NCBI GenBank assembly: GCA_945873815.1
Contig: CAMCEE010000001.1
Location: 75,897-139,896 of the forward strand
Reading direction: 5' to 3'
Source of the DNA: an uncultured Bacillales bacterium
Lineage (GTDB): Bacteria; Bacillota_I; Bacilli_A; RFN20; CAG-449
DNA: 64,000 nt
The notes under the pieces were generated by a model. It was given only the letters and a program-made list of their open reading frames with translations. It searched no databases and had not been told where the DNA came from. Shown piece by piece: positions 9,392-18,467 of this stretch; positions within the stretch are counted from its first letter, which is position 1; each line of letters starts with the position of its first letter. The translations under genes were made by a program, and so were the position numbers.

Positions 9392-11299
9392 ATGAAGAAA
9401 TCTATCACAAAATTATTAATTCTCTCATCTTTTGTTTCATTATTATCATCTTGTAATTCTATTTTTACTACTTCTTCAAATGAAGTTGTTTCAAGTAGTT
9501 CAAATAGTTTTGTTTCTTCTATACATGAAGATTCTCTTTCATCGATTAGTAGTAGTTCTCATTCTTCGATAAAAGAATCTAGTGAAAGTTCATCTTTTAT
9601 TTCTAGTGTATCTAGTTCGAGTGTTAGTAGTATTCCTTCTAGCAGCGTATCTTCTACTAATTCTAGTTCATCAATAAGTGATAATATTCTTCCATTTGAA
9701 GTTAAAGAGATTAAGTCTCGTTATGTTAGATTTAAACTTAATAGGAATTGTTCATCCTTAGAAGCTGGGTATTATATTGATGGAAATCCTTCTTTAATTA
9801 AACTTGATGATCAATTGATTTCGATTAATAAAGAAGATAATTCTTGTAGAGTAGATTTAGTGTCTATTAGAAAAGGTGAACGTATTAAAGTAGTTTTATG
9901 TGAAAAAGGTACTTCTAATTCTCTTGAAACACCATATTTTACATACGATTATTTTGATCAATCAGGATATGCTTCTTTCAATAATACTAATGGAGTTGGA
10001 GCATATAAGAATGATGGGACATTGAAAGATAATGCGCTTGTATTATATGTAAATAATGAGAATAAGAATACTATTCAAGCTACATTAGGAGGAAAATCCT
10101 ACACTGGCCTAACTGATATTCTAAAAAACCAATCTAAATCTTCAAAACCTTTAAATATTAGGATTACAGATAAGATATTGACTAATCAATGGAAGGTAAA
10201 GGATGATGAACCTAGACTTACAAGTTCGGTTAATTATGATGATTCAACATTCTTTTCTAATGAACTAGAAACAGTTTATGGAGATAACCTTAAAGGGTTA
10301 ACAGTTAAGATTTACGATAAGAAGAATGGTAAATCATATACTTGGTTAACTACAAAAGATGGTCTAGGTACTAAAAAGGAAGGAACTTGTAGTAAAGCAA
10401 CTACGAAATATAAAGGTGAAAAATATTCTTCGTTGTTTGAAAAAGAAGTATATGATGATGATTCGTATAATAATATGTTAGATGTATCGGAAGCAAGTAA
10501 TGTAACTATTGAAGGAATAGGAGATAATTCGGGTTTCTTCCAATTCGGATTTACTTTCTCTAAGTGTAATTCGATTGAAGTAAGGAATTTATCGTTTAAA
10601 GATTATCCTGAAGATGCTTGTTCATTTTCGGGAGATGTTTCTAAACATGGAACAATTTGGGTTCATAATAATTCTTTCTATGCTGGAAAGAACAATTGGG
10701 ATTTGACTGGCGAAAGAGATAAACCAAAAGGGGATGGTGCTTTCGATCTTGCTTCTGTTAATAATGTTACTTTATCGTATAATCATTTTAATGGCTGTAA
10801 GAAGACAGGATTAGTTGGTGGAAGTGATTCTGTGAAGAATAAGAATATCTCTTTCCATCATAATTTCTATGATTCGGTTAATTCTCGTTTACCTCTTGGA
10901 AGACAAGCAAATATGCATATTTATAATAATTATTATTTGAATTGTTCTACTTGTTTAGATATTCGTGCGAATGCTTTTGTTTTTAGTGAAAATAATTATT
11001 TTAAAAATTGTAAGTATCCTCAAAAGGTGACAACAAGTAGTACATATAAGAATACAGTTATTAAATCTTATAATGATTATTTTGTTTCTTCTGGAGCATC
11101 TCAAGCAACGATAGTTGATTCTAGAGATCAAAAGGTAGATGGAGGATGCTTCCCTGATGGAACGAATGATTATACGAACTTTGATACAAATAAGAATCTC
11201 TTCTATTATGATGAAGTAAAGAAGGAATCTATTGTTGAAGTACTAAATAAGGTGGAAGATGTTCCTTCTTATGTGATTTCTAGTGCGGGGAAATTTTAG
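9392..11299 (+). CDS. Lipoprotein with a pectate-lyase (PL1, right-handed beta-helix)-like domain
   Basis: Lipobox LLSSC and a Ser-rich linker. The C-terminal region carries DGAFDL..VTLSYNHF..GGSDS and HHNFYDSVNSRLPLGRQANMHIYNNYY, which match the PelC-type motifs DG.xD..VTxSxNxF..SDS and HHN.F...R.PR.R.G..H.YNNYY. Confidence 0.6.
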   Translation: MKKSITKLLILSSFVSLLSSCNSIFTTSSNEVVSSSSNSFVSSIHEDSLSSISSSSHSSIKESSESSSFISSVSSSSVSSIPSSSVSSTNSSSSISDNILPFEVKEIKSRYVRFKLNRNCSSLEAGYYIDGNPSLIKLDDQLISINKEDNSCRVDLVSIRKGERIKVVLCEKGTSNSLETPYFTYDYFDQSGYASFNNTNGVGAYKNDGTLKDNALVLYVNNENKNTIQATLGGKSYTGLTDILKNQSKSSKPLNIRITDKILTNQWKVKDDEPRLTSSVNYDDSTFFSNELETVYGDNLKGLTVKIYDKKNGKSYTWLTTKDGLGTKKEGTCSKATTKYKGEKYSSLFEKEVYDDDSYNNMLDVSEASNVTIEGIGDNSGFFQFGFTFSKCNSIEVRNLSFKDYPEDACSFSGDVSKHGTIWVHNNSFYAGKNNWDLTGERDKPKGDGAFDLASVNNVTLSYNHFNGCKKTGLVGGSDSVKNKNISFHHNFYDSVNSRLPLGRQANMHIYNNYYLNCSTCLDIRANAFVFSENNYFKNCKYPQKVTTSSTYKNTVIKSYNDYFVSSGASQATIVDSRDQKVDGGCFPDGTNDYTNFDTNKNLFYYDEVKKESIVEVLNKVEDVPSYVISSAGKF

Positions 11300-11358
11300 T
11301 TTTTATTTGCTTTATAAATATTTGATTATATAATGTTTCTAGAAATGGAGAAAAATTA

Positions 11359-12006
11359 ATGAATTATTTTTTTATAGATTATGAAAATGCAAAATCTGCA
11401 GGTCTTCTTGGCGCGGATAGATTAACTAAGAATGATAAAGTTATTTTGTTTTATACAATTCAAACTAATAATGTTCCAGTAGAATTCTATGTTTCTAGTA
11501 CGAATTTTAATGTGGAGTTTATTAAGGTTCCAACTGGTTCTGAATCATTAGATAAACATCTTATCTCTCATTTATCTTATGTAGTTGCAACGGGAGAAGC
11601 GGAAGATAAATACGTCATTATAGGTAAAGATAAGGGATATGATCCTATTTGTGATTATATAAATAATAATTTAGTTAAAGAAAAGAATAAGGTGGTTAAA
11701 TCATCTTCAATTGAGGAATACTTAAATGGAGTAATAGATGAAGGTGAATTAGATAATGAAATAGAAACTAAGAATGATGATAATTTAGTAGTGGATGATT
11801 TAAATGAGTTAAAGAAGGAATTATCTAAATTTGATAAGCGTACTGCAAGAGGAGCATATACTGCATATACAAAATATTCTTCACTTTCATCACATGATTT
11901 TGCATTAAAGATTCGTAAGATTATTAAGAATCGAAAAAACATTGATAATAAGTATTATGATGAAATTGTTAATATCTTAATTACATATAGAAATAAGAAC
12001 AAATAA
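11359..12006 (+). CDS. Hypothetical protein, possible NYN/LabA-like (PIN-like) N-terminal domain
   Basis: FIDYENA....TGSESLDKHLI....VIIGKDKGYDPI resembles the LabA/NYN pattern (FIDgeN ... NAaD..L ... SGDsDF). This is a weak, sequence-only call. Confidence 0.4.
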   Translation: MNYFFIDYENAKSAGLLGADRLTKNDKVILFYTIQTNNVPVEFYVSSTNFNVEFIKVPTGSESLDKHLISHLSYVVATGEAEDKYVIIGKDKGYDPICDYINNNLVKEKNKVVKSSSIEEYLNGVIDEGELDNEIETKNDDNLVVDDLNELKKELSKFDKRTARGAYTAYTKYSSLSSHDFALKIRKIIKNRKNIDNKYYDEIVNILITYRNKNK

Positions 12007-12334
12007 ATGTTCTTTTTTTCTAGAAAAAACTCGATATTCTCAACGTTTGTTTGACATTTGAATTAATGGTATTTTTTTTATAATGTTTTTATATTTTACG
12101 TGTTGCATTATAGTTTGATATTATATAGAATAGTGATTAGTGAGGGAGAATTGTACGATGAAACGTGTAAATTATAATTCAAAACATAGTATCGTTTCTT
12201 TTGAGGGAAACTGTGCCTTTTTAATGACCTCTAGAATGATTACGCGTCGTATATATTTTCTTAATGCTACAACTAATTAAAGGAAAGGTTAGTGTGGCAT
12301 TTTTACTTGCAAAAAAATTGGAGGAAAAGAAAAA

Positions 12335-13900
12335 ATGAAAAAATGTAAAATGTTACTTTCATTTGCAATTGCACTTTGTTCCGTCGGTGTTCTAAGTAGT
12401 GGTGGAATGGAAGTAAAAAAGGTAGAGGCTGAGGAGACTGCAACTTCTGCAAAAGGTAGATATAATTTGGTCACTGATGTTTCTGAATTGAATGTAGATT
12501 CAAAGATTATTATTGTTGCATCCGCTTCAGAATTTGCTATGAGTACTACACAAAATTCTAAAAACCGATCACCCGTATCTATTACAAAAAGTGATGGTTA
12601 TATTGAAATCGATAATGAACCATCTAATGTTCAACAATTGACACTTAAAGAAGGAAATAAACAAGATACTTTCGCATTATATACTGGAAATGGTTATCTA
12701 TATGCAGCTCATAGTAAGGAAAATTATCTTAAAACTCAATCTACAATAGATGATAATGCATCGTGGACTATTACTATTGATAATGATGCTAAAGCAACAA
12801 TTAAAGCTAATGGAGCAAATACTAGAAATATTTTGAAGTATAATTCAAGTAGTAGCCTATTCTCTTGCTACAGTTCTGGACAAGCAGCTGTTTCTATTTA
12901 TCAATTATATTCTGCTGAAGGAAAATCATTTCAAGAGGTTTATGCAGAAAATGTAAATGTGAATGCGCAATTATCTTTTGGATTTACTTATCATAAATCA
13001 AGCGGTTGCGAATTAAACAAAAGTATCTTTAATAATCCTAAAGCAGGAACATATTCTAATGAAACGGGAAAATCAAATGATGTATCATTTACTGCTAAGA
13101 ACATTACAAGTAAGGACTCTGCTATGCAACTTAGTTATGATAAATCATCATACATATATAACTCCGATCCATTAAAAAATGATCTTAAAACAATTGAAAT
13201 TTTGTGGAATAATAATACAACTACGACCAAGGCAAGAAGTATTTTAATTTATGGAAGTGATAAAGTTTTAGTTTCTCAACCAGAAGATTCATCTTCATTG
13301 ATTAAGGAAGTAAAGTATGATAGTTCTAACCTAACTTCAACTGTAGAAGTTGAGAGTAGTGGTGTAAGATATATCTATATCTGCTTTAGTGGAGGAGCAG
13401 TATATATTGACAGCATCAAGTTATCTTCTACTAATGGTGTTGATAAAGATAGAATTAATGATGTTACAAATATGTCATTAAACTTCAAAACTGATTTTGA
13501 TTTTACAGGAAAAACACAAGGCACAGATTTTACTGAAGCTGGTATGATGTTTGTTAAGGGTTCAGATGTTTCTGCAACATATTCAAAGAAAACTGCAAAT
13601 GTACTTCCTGAAGGTGCAATTAAAGCTACACAAACTAACTATGGAAAAGAATTCATTGTTCGTTTAGAAGATATCCCTGTTAAAGATTGGGGAACAAAAG
13701 TTACAGTAGTTCCATATATTCTATTTGAAGGAACATATTATTTCGGTACTGCTGGAGTTACTTCTGTAATTGAAACTGCTGCTGCATATGCAAGTAGTGA
13801 TGCAACAATTACATTGTCTGATGAATCAGTTGTTAATGTAAGAGATGTTGCTGCAGCAATTGAAGGTTATTATAATAGTAATAATAATTTAGGAGAATAA
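12335..13900 (+). CDS. Secreted hypothetical protein
   Basis: Signal-peptide-like N-terminus MKKCKMLLSFAIALCSVGV, with an RBS (GGAGG) upstream. No recognisable catalytic motif. Confidence 0.55.
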   Translation: MKKCKMLLSFAIALCSVGVLSSGGMEVKKVEAEETATSAKGRYNLVTDVSELNVDSKIIIVASASEFAMSTTQNSKNRSPVSITKSDGYIEIDNEPSNVQQLTLKEGNKQDTFALYTGNGYLYAAHSKENYLKTQSTIDDNASWTITIDNDAKATIKANGANTRNILKYNSSSSLFSCYSSGQAAVSIYQLYSAEGKSFQEVYAENVNVNAQLSFGFTYHKSSGCELNKSIFNNPKAGTYSNETGKSNDVSFTAKNITSKDSAMQLSYDKSSYIYNSDPLKNDLKTIEILWNNNTTTTKARSILIYGSDKVLVSQPEDSSSLIKEVKYDSSNLTSTVEVESSGVRYIYICFSGGAVYIDSIKLSSTNGVDKDRINDVTNMSLNFKTDFDFTGKTQGTDFTEAGMMFVKGSDVSATYSKKTANVLPEGAIKATQTNYGKEFIVRLEDIPVKDWGTKVTVVPYILFEGTYYFGTAGVTSVIETAAAYASSDATITLSDESVVNVRDVAAAIEGYYNSNNNLGE

Positions 13901-13904
13901 GAAT

Positions 13905-14033
13905 ATGAAAAAAGAATATACAAAACCAACAGTAGTTGTTGTTGAATTAGAAAGCGAAGATATCATTCGTACATCAGGCGCAACAGGAAACTTTAATGGT
14001 TTCGGTGATGCTGATCAAACATTTCCATGGTAA
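13905..14033 (+). CDS. 42-aa small ORF MKKEYTKPTVVVVELESEDIIRTSGATGNFNGFGDADQTFPW (lasso-precursor-like)
   Basis: Strong RBS (AGGAGAA) 8 nt upstream. Its stop codon overlaps the start of the next gene (ccATGgTAAtg). The leader-like MKK.Y.KP motif resembles Firmicutes lasso-peptide precursors. Not in the ORF track (shorter than 60 aa). Confidence 0.35.
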   Translation: MKKEYTKPTVVVVELESEDIIRTSGATGNFNGFGDADQTFPW

Positions 14034-14320
14034 TGAGGAAGAATTTAATTCTATTAATTAGTTTACTTACTTTAGTTGGATGTTCTAATTCTTCTTCTAG
14101 TAGTTCAGTATCTACAAATACAAGTGAAGTAGTAACTAGTTCAATTGAAGAAACTAGTTCGTCTAACTTAGTAATTGAGGAAAGTTCATCTTCATCTAAT
14201 GAAAGTTCTTCAAGTGAAGAGAGTTCAATCTTAAGCGAAAGTGAAGATATAACTACATCAAGTGAAGAGAATTCGAGTAACATCAAAGAGAGTGTTGAAC
14301 TTCCTTGGATCGAATTATAA
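14027..14320 (+). CDS. Small acidic Ser/Glu-rich lipoprotein
   Basis: Lipobox LTLVGC followed by a poly-Ser/Glu low-complexity region. Translationally coupled to the upstream small ORF. Confidence 0.5.
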   Translation: MVMRKNLILLISLLTLVGCSNSSSSSSVSTNTSEVVTSSIEETSSSNLVIEESSSSSNESSSSEESSILSESEDITTSSEENSSNIKESVELPWIEL

Positions 14321-14337
14321 ATTCAATAATCTTAACT

Positions 14338-14372
14338 TATGAGGTGCTACTAATAGGTGGCACCTTTTTTAT
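14338..14372 (+). terminator. Rho-independent terminator
   Basis: GGTGC..GCACC hairpin followed by TTTTTT. Confidence 0.55.
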
Positions 14373-14719
14373 CGCATGATAGTTCATTTATGAATATTTC
14401 TATATTACCATTCTAATTTGTATTCTAAAGAATCTTTATAATTGTAGTGAAGTTGTCTCATTTTTTTCTCAATTATTCTCAAAATAATCTCATAGTTTTC
14501 TCGGATTGTTCTCATAATAATCTTATAATCATCTCAAATTATTATCAAATTGTCTTAATACTTTCTCATAAATGTTTCGTTATTGTATCAATGGAGTACC
14601 GATATTGTTTCAATAATGTTTCAAAGGAATCTTAACATAATCTCAAATTGTTTCATTTTTTTCTCATTTTTTTCTAATGGATGAGTTGAAATAAATCGAT
14701 AAATATTTATCGAAAACTA

Positions 14720-14748
14720 TTGACAATATTTGTGTTTTACTTTAAGAT
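14720..14748 (+). promoter_or_regulatory. Sigma-70-like promoter (TTGACA-17-TAAGAT) for the flotillin gene
   Basis: Near-consensus -35 element, 17-nt spacer and -10-like hexamer, about 165 nt upstream of the ATG. The long leader contains an 8-bp hairpin at 14851..14878. Confidence 0.4.
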
Positions 14749-14912
14749 TATAGATGTATGAGGAGTAGCGTACTCGAGTAAATTCCGTCATCACGTCTCA
14801 AAACCGGATTTACTAATCAAAAAAGATTTCGCAAGATCATACTAACAGGAAGTTAGGATGGTCTTTTTTCTATCCTAACTAACTAAAATGGTTATTATAG
14901 GAGGGAAAAAAT

Positions 14913-16406
14913 ATGGAACCATTTGTAATTGTTTTAGTGGTAATTGCAATTATTGCATTTATCGCTGTTTTAATTGGAGTATCTTACGTAAAGGCACCAC
15001 CAGATACTGCATACATCATTACAGGGCCTAGAAAACAAAGAGTTTTAATTGGTAAAGCTGGATTTAGAATTCCTTTCTTTCAAAGAATCGACAAATTACC
15101 ATTAAATCTTATTCAAGTAGATATTAAGACACCTGATGCTGTTCCAACATCAGAATTCATCAATATTTTTGTTGATGGTGTTGCAAATATCAAGATTGGT
15201 AATACACCAGAAGACTTAGCTTTAGCATCACAAATATTTTTACAAGAAAAGCTTCAAGGTATTCAAGCTATTGCTAAGGAAGTTCTTGAAGGTAATATGA
15301 GAGAGATTATCGGTCAAATGAAATTGACAGATTTAGTCCATAATCGTGATTTATTCGCAGAGAAAGTAAAAGATAATGCAATGCAAGATATGGCTAGAAT
15401 GGGTCTTCAAATCATTAACCTTACAATTCAAAATTTCTCTGATAAAGAAAATGTTATTCAAAACTTAGGTGTTGATAATATTACTCAAATTCAAAAGGAT
15501 GCACAAATTGCAAGAGCAAATTCTGAAAGAGACGTAAAGATTGCTCAAGCTTCTGCAATGGAGGCTGCGAATAAGGCAAATGTTGAGGCTCAAACAAAGA
15601 TTATTCAACAAAATACAGAATATGAATTAAAGAGATCAGAATTAAAGACTCAATCAGATACTGCTGCTGCATCTGCAGATGCTGCATATAAGATTGAGGA
15701 GCAAAAGAGATTAGAGGAAATTAATGTTGCTCAAATTAATGCTGATATTGCAAAAAGAGAAAGAGAAGTTGAACTTGGTCAACGTGAAGTTGAATTACAA
15801 GAGAAACAATTAGCAGCACAAATCAATAAGAAAGCAGATGCTGAAAAATATGCTGCAGAACAAAAAGCTGCTGCAGAGTTATTCCAACGTCAAAGAGCGG
15901 CAGAAGCTGTCAAATTCGAACTTGAACAACAAGCAGAGGCTAAGAAGATTCAAGCAGAAGCTGAGAAAGTTGCAATGGAAAAAGCTGCAGAAGCAAAAAA
16001 ACTTCAAGCGGAAGCAGATCGTTATGCTGCAGAACAAAAGGCTTTAGGTATTGAAGCTGTTGGTAAGGCTGAAGCTGAAGCAATTGAAAAGAAAGCAGAA
16101 GCTATGAAGAAGATGGGTGAAGCATCTGTTTTACAACTTATCCTTGATTCTAATGTTCTTCCTGAAATCGTCAAAGCATCTAGTGAACCTATCGCTGCTG
16201 CTTATTCAAAGATTGGTGGTATTACAATGTATGGTGAAGGTAATACAACAAAACTTGCACAAGAGATTACAAATAATTCTTCTCAAGTAATTCAATCGGT
16301 TGAGAAATCATTAGGTATCGATTTAAAAGCAGTTCTTGCAGGTTATCTAGGTGGAAAACTTGGTAGTAAGGTTTCTCCTAAAGAAACAAGTAATAACGAA
16401 GAATAA
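14913..16406 (+). CDS. floT: Flotillin-like SPFH/band-7 protein (FloT/YuaG-like)
   Basis: N-terminal TM helix, an SPFH domain and a long Ala/Glu/Lys-rich coiled-coil flotillin repeat region (EAEKVAMEKAAEAKKLQAEA). Confidence 0.85.
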   Translation: MEPFVIVLVVIAIIAFIAVLIGVSYVKAPPDTAYIITGPRKQRVLIGKAGFRIPFFQRIDKLPLNLIQVDIKTPDAVPTSEFINIFVDGVANIKIGNTPEDLALASQIFLQEKLQGIQAIAKEVLEGNMREIIGQMKLTDLVHNRDLFAEKVKDNAMQDMARMGLQIINLTIQNFSDKENVIQNLGVDNITQIQKDAQIARANSERDVKIAQASAMEAANKANVEAQTKIIQQNTEYELKRSELKTQSDTAAASADAAYKIEEQKRLEEINVAQINADIAKREREVELGQREVELQEKQLAAQINKKADAEKYAAEQKAAAELFQRQRAAEAVKFELEQQAEAKKIQAEAEKVAMEKAAEAKKLQAEADRYAAEQKALGIEAVGKAEAEAIEKKAEAMKKMGEASVLQLILDSNVLPEIVKASSEPIAAAYSKIGGITMYGEGNTTKLAQEITNNSSQVIQSVEKSLGIDLKAVLAGYLGGKLGSKVSPKETSNNEE

Positions 16407-16414
16407 TGTTATAA

Positions 16415-16446
16415 GGGGACTTCCAAAAAAATGGAAGTCCTTTTTA
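16415..16446. terminator. Bidirectional rho-independent terminator
   Basis: GGACTTCCA-AAAAAA-TGGAAGTCC forms a 9-bp stem flanked by an A-run and a T-run, between convergent genes. Confidence 0.65.
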
Positions 16447-18375
16447 TAGCATTTTTTGTATTCTTCGATAGTTTATTAGGAGTTTATCTTTTAACGATGA
16501 TATTGATTGTATATCATCTTTATGATTATAGATAATGTCTTCTAATTCAAATAATGTTTTATATGATTCTTTTATGAATTCATGAAGCCTATCGATTCGA
16601 TTTTCTATTTCTTTTGATAGAGCTTTATTGATTTCATATTGAGAGATTATGGAATTAATCGAGGGTATAATCTTATTCTTAAATGTATCTAACATGATTA
16701 TCCCTTCTTCTTTTTGATAATCATTACTAGTAGATAATATATAATCTAGTATTCTTTTAATCTCCTCTTCGGTCATGATATTATGTCGACATAAAATGGA
16801 GTATGATTTATTCTTTATGATATATGAGATTACTTCATCTATGTTATTTAGAATTAGTAGATTATTTTCTTTTGCATAATTATAATATTCGTTTTCATAA
16901 CAAGAAGAATTATAGATTATTCTTTTATTTTCATTATAGATTTTTGTTACTATTTTTTTAATCGCTTTATCTTGTTCCATATGTAGCGATTCTTTTTTTA
17001 TTTCATTGATAGTAGATTCTATTGCCTCTCCAAGAATCGTATTAATGATGGTATTTAATAATCCTTCTGACATTGATGAACCAAGTCCTCTATATTCGAT
17101 TTTATTATTTAGAATACAAATCGGAGATGATCTATTTCTCCTACTATTATCTTTTAATAATAGTTTAGTTTTTGCATATAAACTAAAGTTTAATTCCTGA
17201 TTAATTTTTGAATTATCATTCTCAAAATATGAAATCAATTCATCGGATAAACTAAGGGAGATGATTTTAGAAGGAGCTTCTTTTTCGCCTAATCTTTTAT
17301 AGTTTGATGGGGAGGCTAAAGCTAAAGAAAGTAATGCTTCATTATTATTTATCGCTTTAATTAATGAGGCGATTGTGATTATGTAGATATTGAAATTATT
17401 ACTATTAAATAGATTGATTCTTGTATTAGTGATGAGAGAATAATTATTATGTTTTCCAGAACCATTTAAGAAATGAAATGGCTTCTCGTTTAATATGCAT
17501 ACTAGATGATGTTTTTCAGCGATCTCATTTAGAAGATGCATGATTAAATAATTATATTCGAATGTCTTATTACAGTCGGAATAATATAAAACTAATTCAT
17601 ATTGATTTTTGGAAACTTCATTATGTTCGACTTTTACAAGGATGTTTAAGGATAATAATTCTTTATCTATTTCATCCATGAAATCTTTAATATATGGTTT
17701 TACGATATGAAGGTAATGGGACTTGTTATTTGATTCTTCTTCAAAATAGAAATTATGTAATGAATTATCGTTTTTATCCTTTATTTCCTCTTTAGTTAAT
17801 AGATAATATTCAATCTCTAATCCTGATAATGGGGTGATGGACTGAACGCTTTTATAAGATAATAAGTCACATAATTTTTTGCATGCGGAAGATATGTAGG
17901 TACTTGATTTTCTTAAGGGGTATTTAATATCGTATGAGCTATTATTTGAATCGATTAAAAAGCAAGGAATATATAGGATTTTATCTCTTATGAAGATAGA
18001 GGAATAATAATCCCAATATAAATATCCTTTAGTGTTTGATATATCTTTTGAATTGATTATGCTTGAGATATCTATCTCTTCCTTTATTAGTTCATTGATA
18101 TCGAAAGAAAAGAATGTTTCATCATTATCAATCTTACTTAAGGAAGTATATTTACAAGATAGTTTTAATGATAATGGAAAGAAGAGATGGGCGAATTGCT
18201 TAGCATTATTTTCCTTTGCAAATTTGATTATCATTTCTATTATTTCTTTGATATCTTCATCATTAAATTGCGCTTCATTATTGATTACTTTTAAATATTT
18301 TTCATATGTCCTATTAGATAATCGAATTTTATATTCTTTTAGAGAGAGAATTTTGGTTTTGGACATTTTCTTCAC
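16444..18375 (-). CDS. Glutamine synthetase type III-like protein (divergent)
   Basis: GLEIEYYL matches GPEQEFFL, VKVEHNEVSKNQYEL matches HHEVAPGQyEI, EKPFHFLNGSGKH matches KPf..nGSGmH, and NRSSPICIL matches NRSASIRIP. Several catalytic-motif residues are substituted (the H of GSGMH and the R of RIP). Confidence 0.45.
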   Translation of the reverse strand: MKKMSKTKILSLKEYKIRLSNRTYEKYLKVINNEAQFNDEDIKEIIEMIIKFAKENNAKQFAHLFFPLSLKLSCKYTSLSKIDNDETFFSFDINELIKEEIDISSIINSKDISNTKGYLYWDYYSSIFIRDKILYIPCFLIDSNNSSYDIKYPLRKSSTYISSACKKLCDLLSYKSVQSITPLSGLEIEYYLLTKEEIKDKNDNSLHNFYFEEESNNKSHYLHIVKPYIKDFMDEIDKELLSLNILVKVEHNEVSKNQYELVLYYSDCNKTFEYNYLIMHLLNEIAEKHHLVCILNEKPFHFLNGSGKHNNYSLITNTRINLFNSNNFNIYIITIASLIKAINNNEALLSLALASPSNYKRLGEKEAPSKIISLSLSDELISYFENDNSKINQELNFSLYAKTKLLLKDNSRRNRSSPICILNNKIEYRGLGSSMSEGLLNTIINTILGEAIESTINEIKKESLHMEQDKAIKKIVTKIYNENKRIIYNSSCYENEYYNYAKENNLLILNNIDEVISYIIKNKSYSILCRHNIMTEEEIKRILDYILSTSNDYQKEEGIIMLDTFKNKIIPSINSIISQYEINKALSKEIENRIDRLHEFIKESYKTLFELEDIIYNHKDDIQSISSLKDKLLINYRRIQKML

Positions 18376-18467
18376 CTGAATAAATATATGTTAGTTTTTA
18401 TTAATTAATGAGGGATGTTATTATTCTTGATTTTTATGAATATCTTTGTATGTGGAGAAAGATAATT

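Noticed and set aside
13905-14033. Interpretation as a bona fide lasso-peptide biosynthetic locus.
   Set aside because: No lasso cyclase (Asn-synthetase-like), B1/B2 protease or dedicated transporter genes occur within ±10 kb. The ORF is retained only as a lasso-like peptide candidate.
14447-14635. 62-aa ORF in the track.
   Set aside because: It lies inside the TCTCA-type repetitive intergenic tract; it has no RBS and its translation is a low-complexity repeat.
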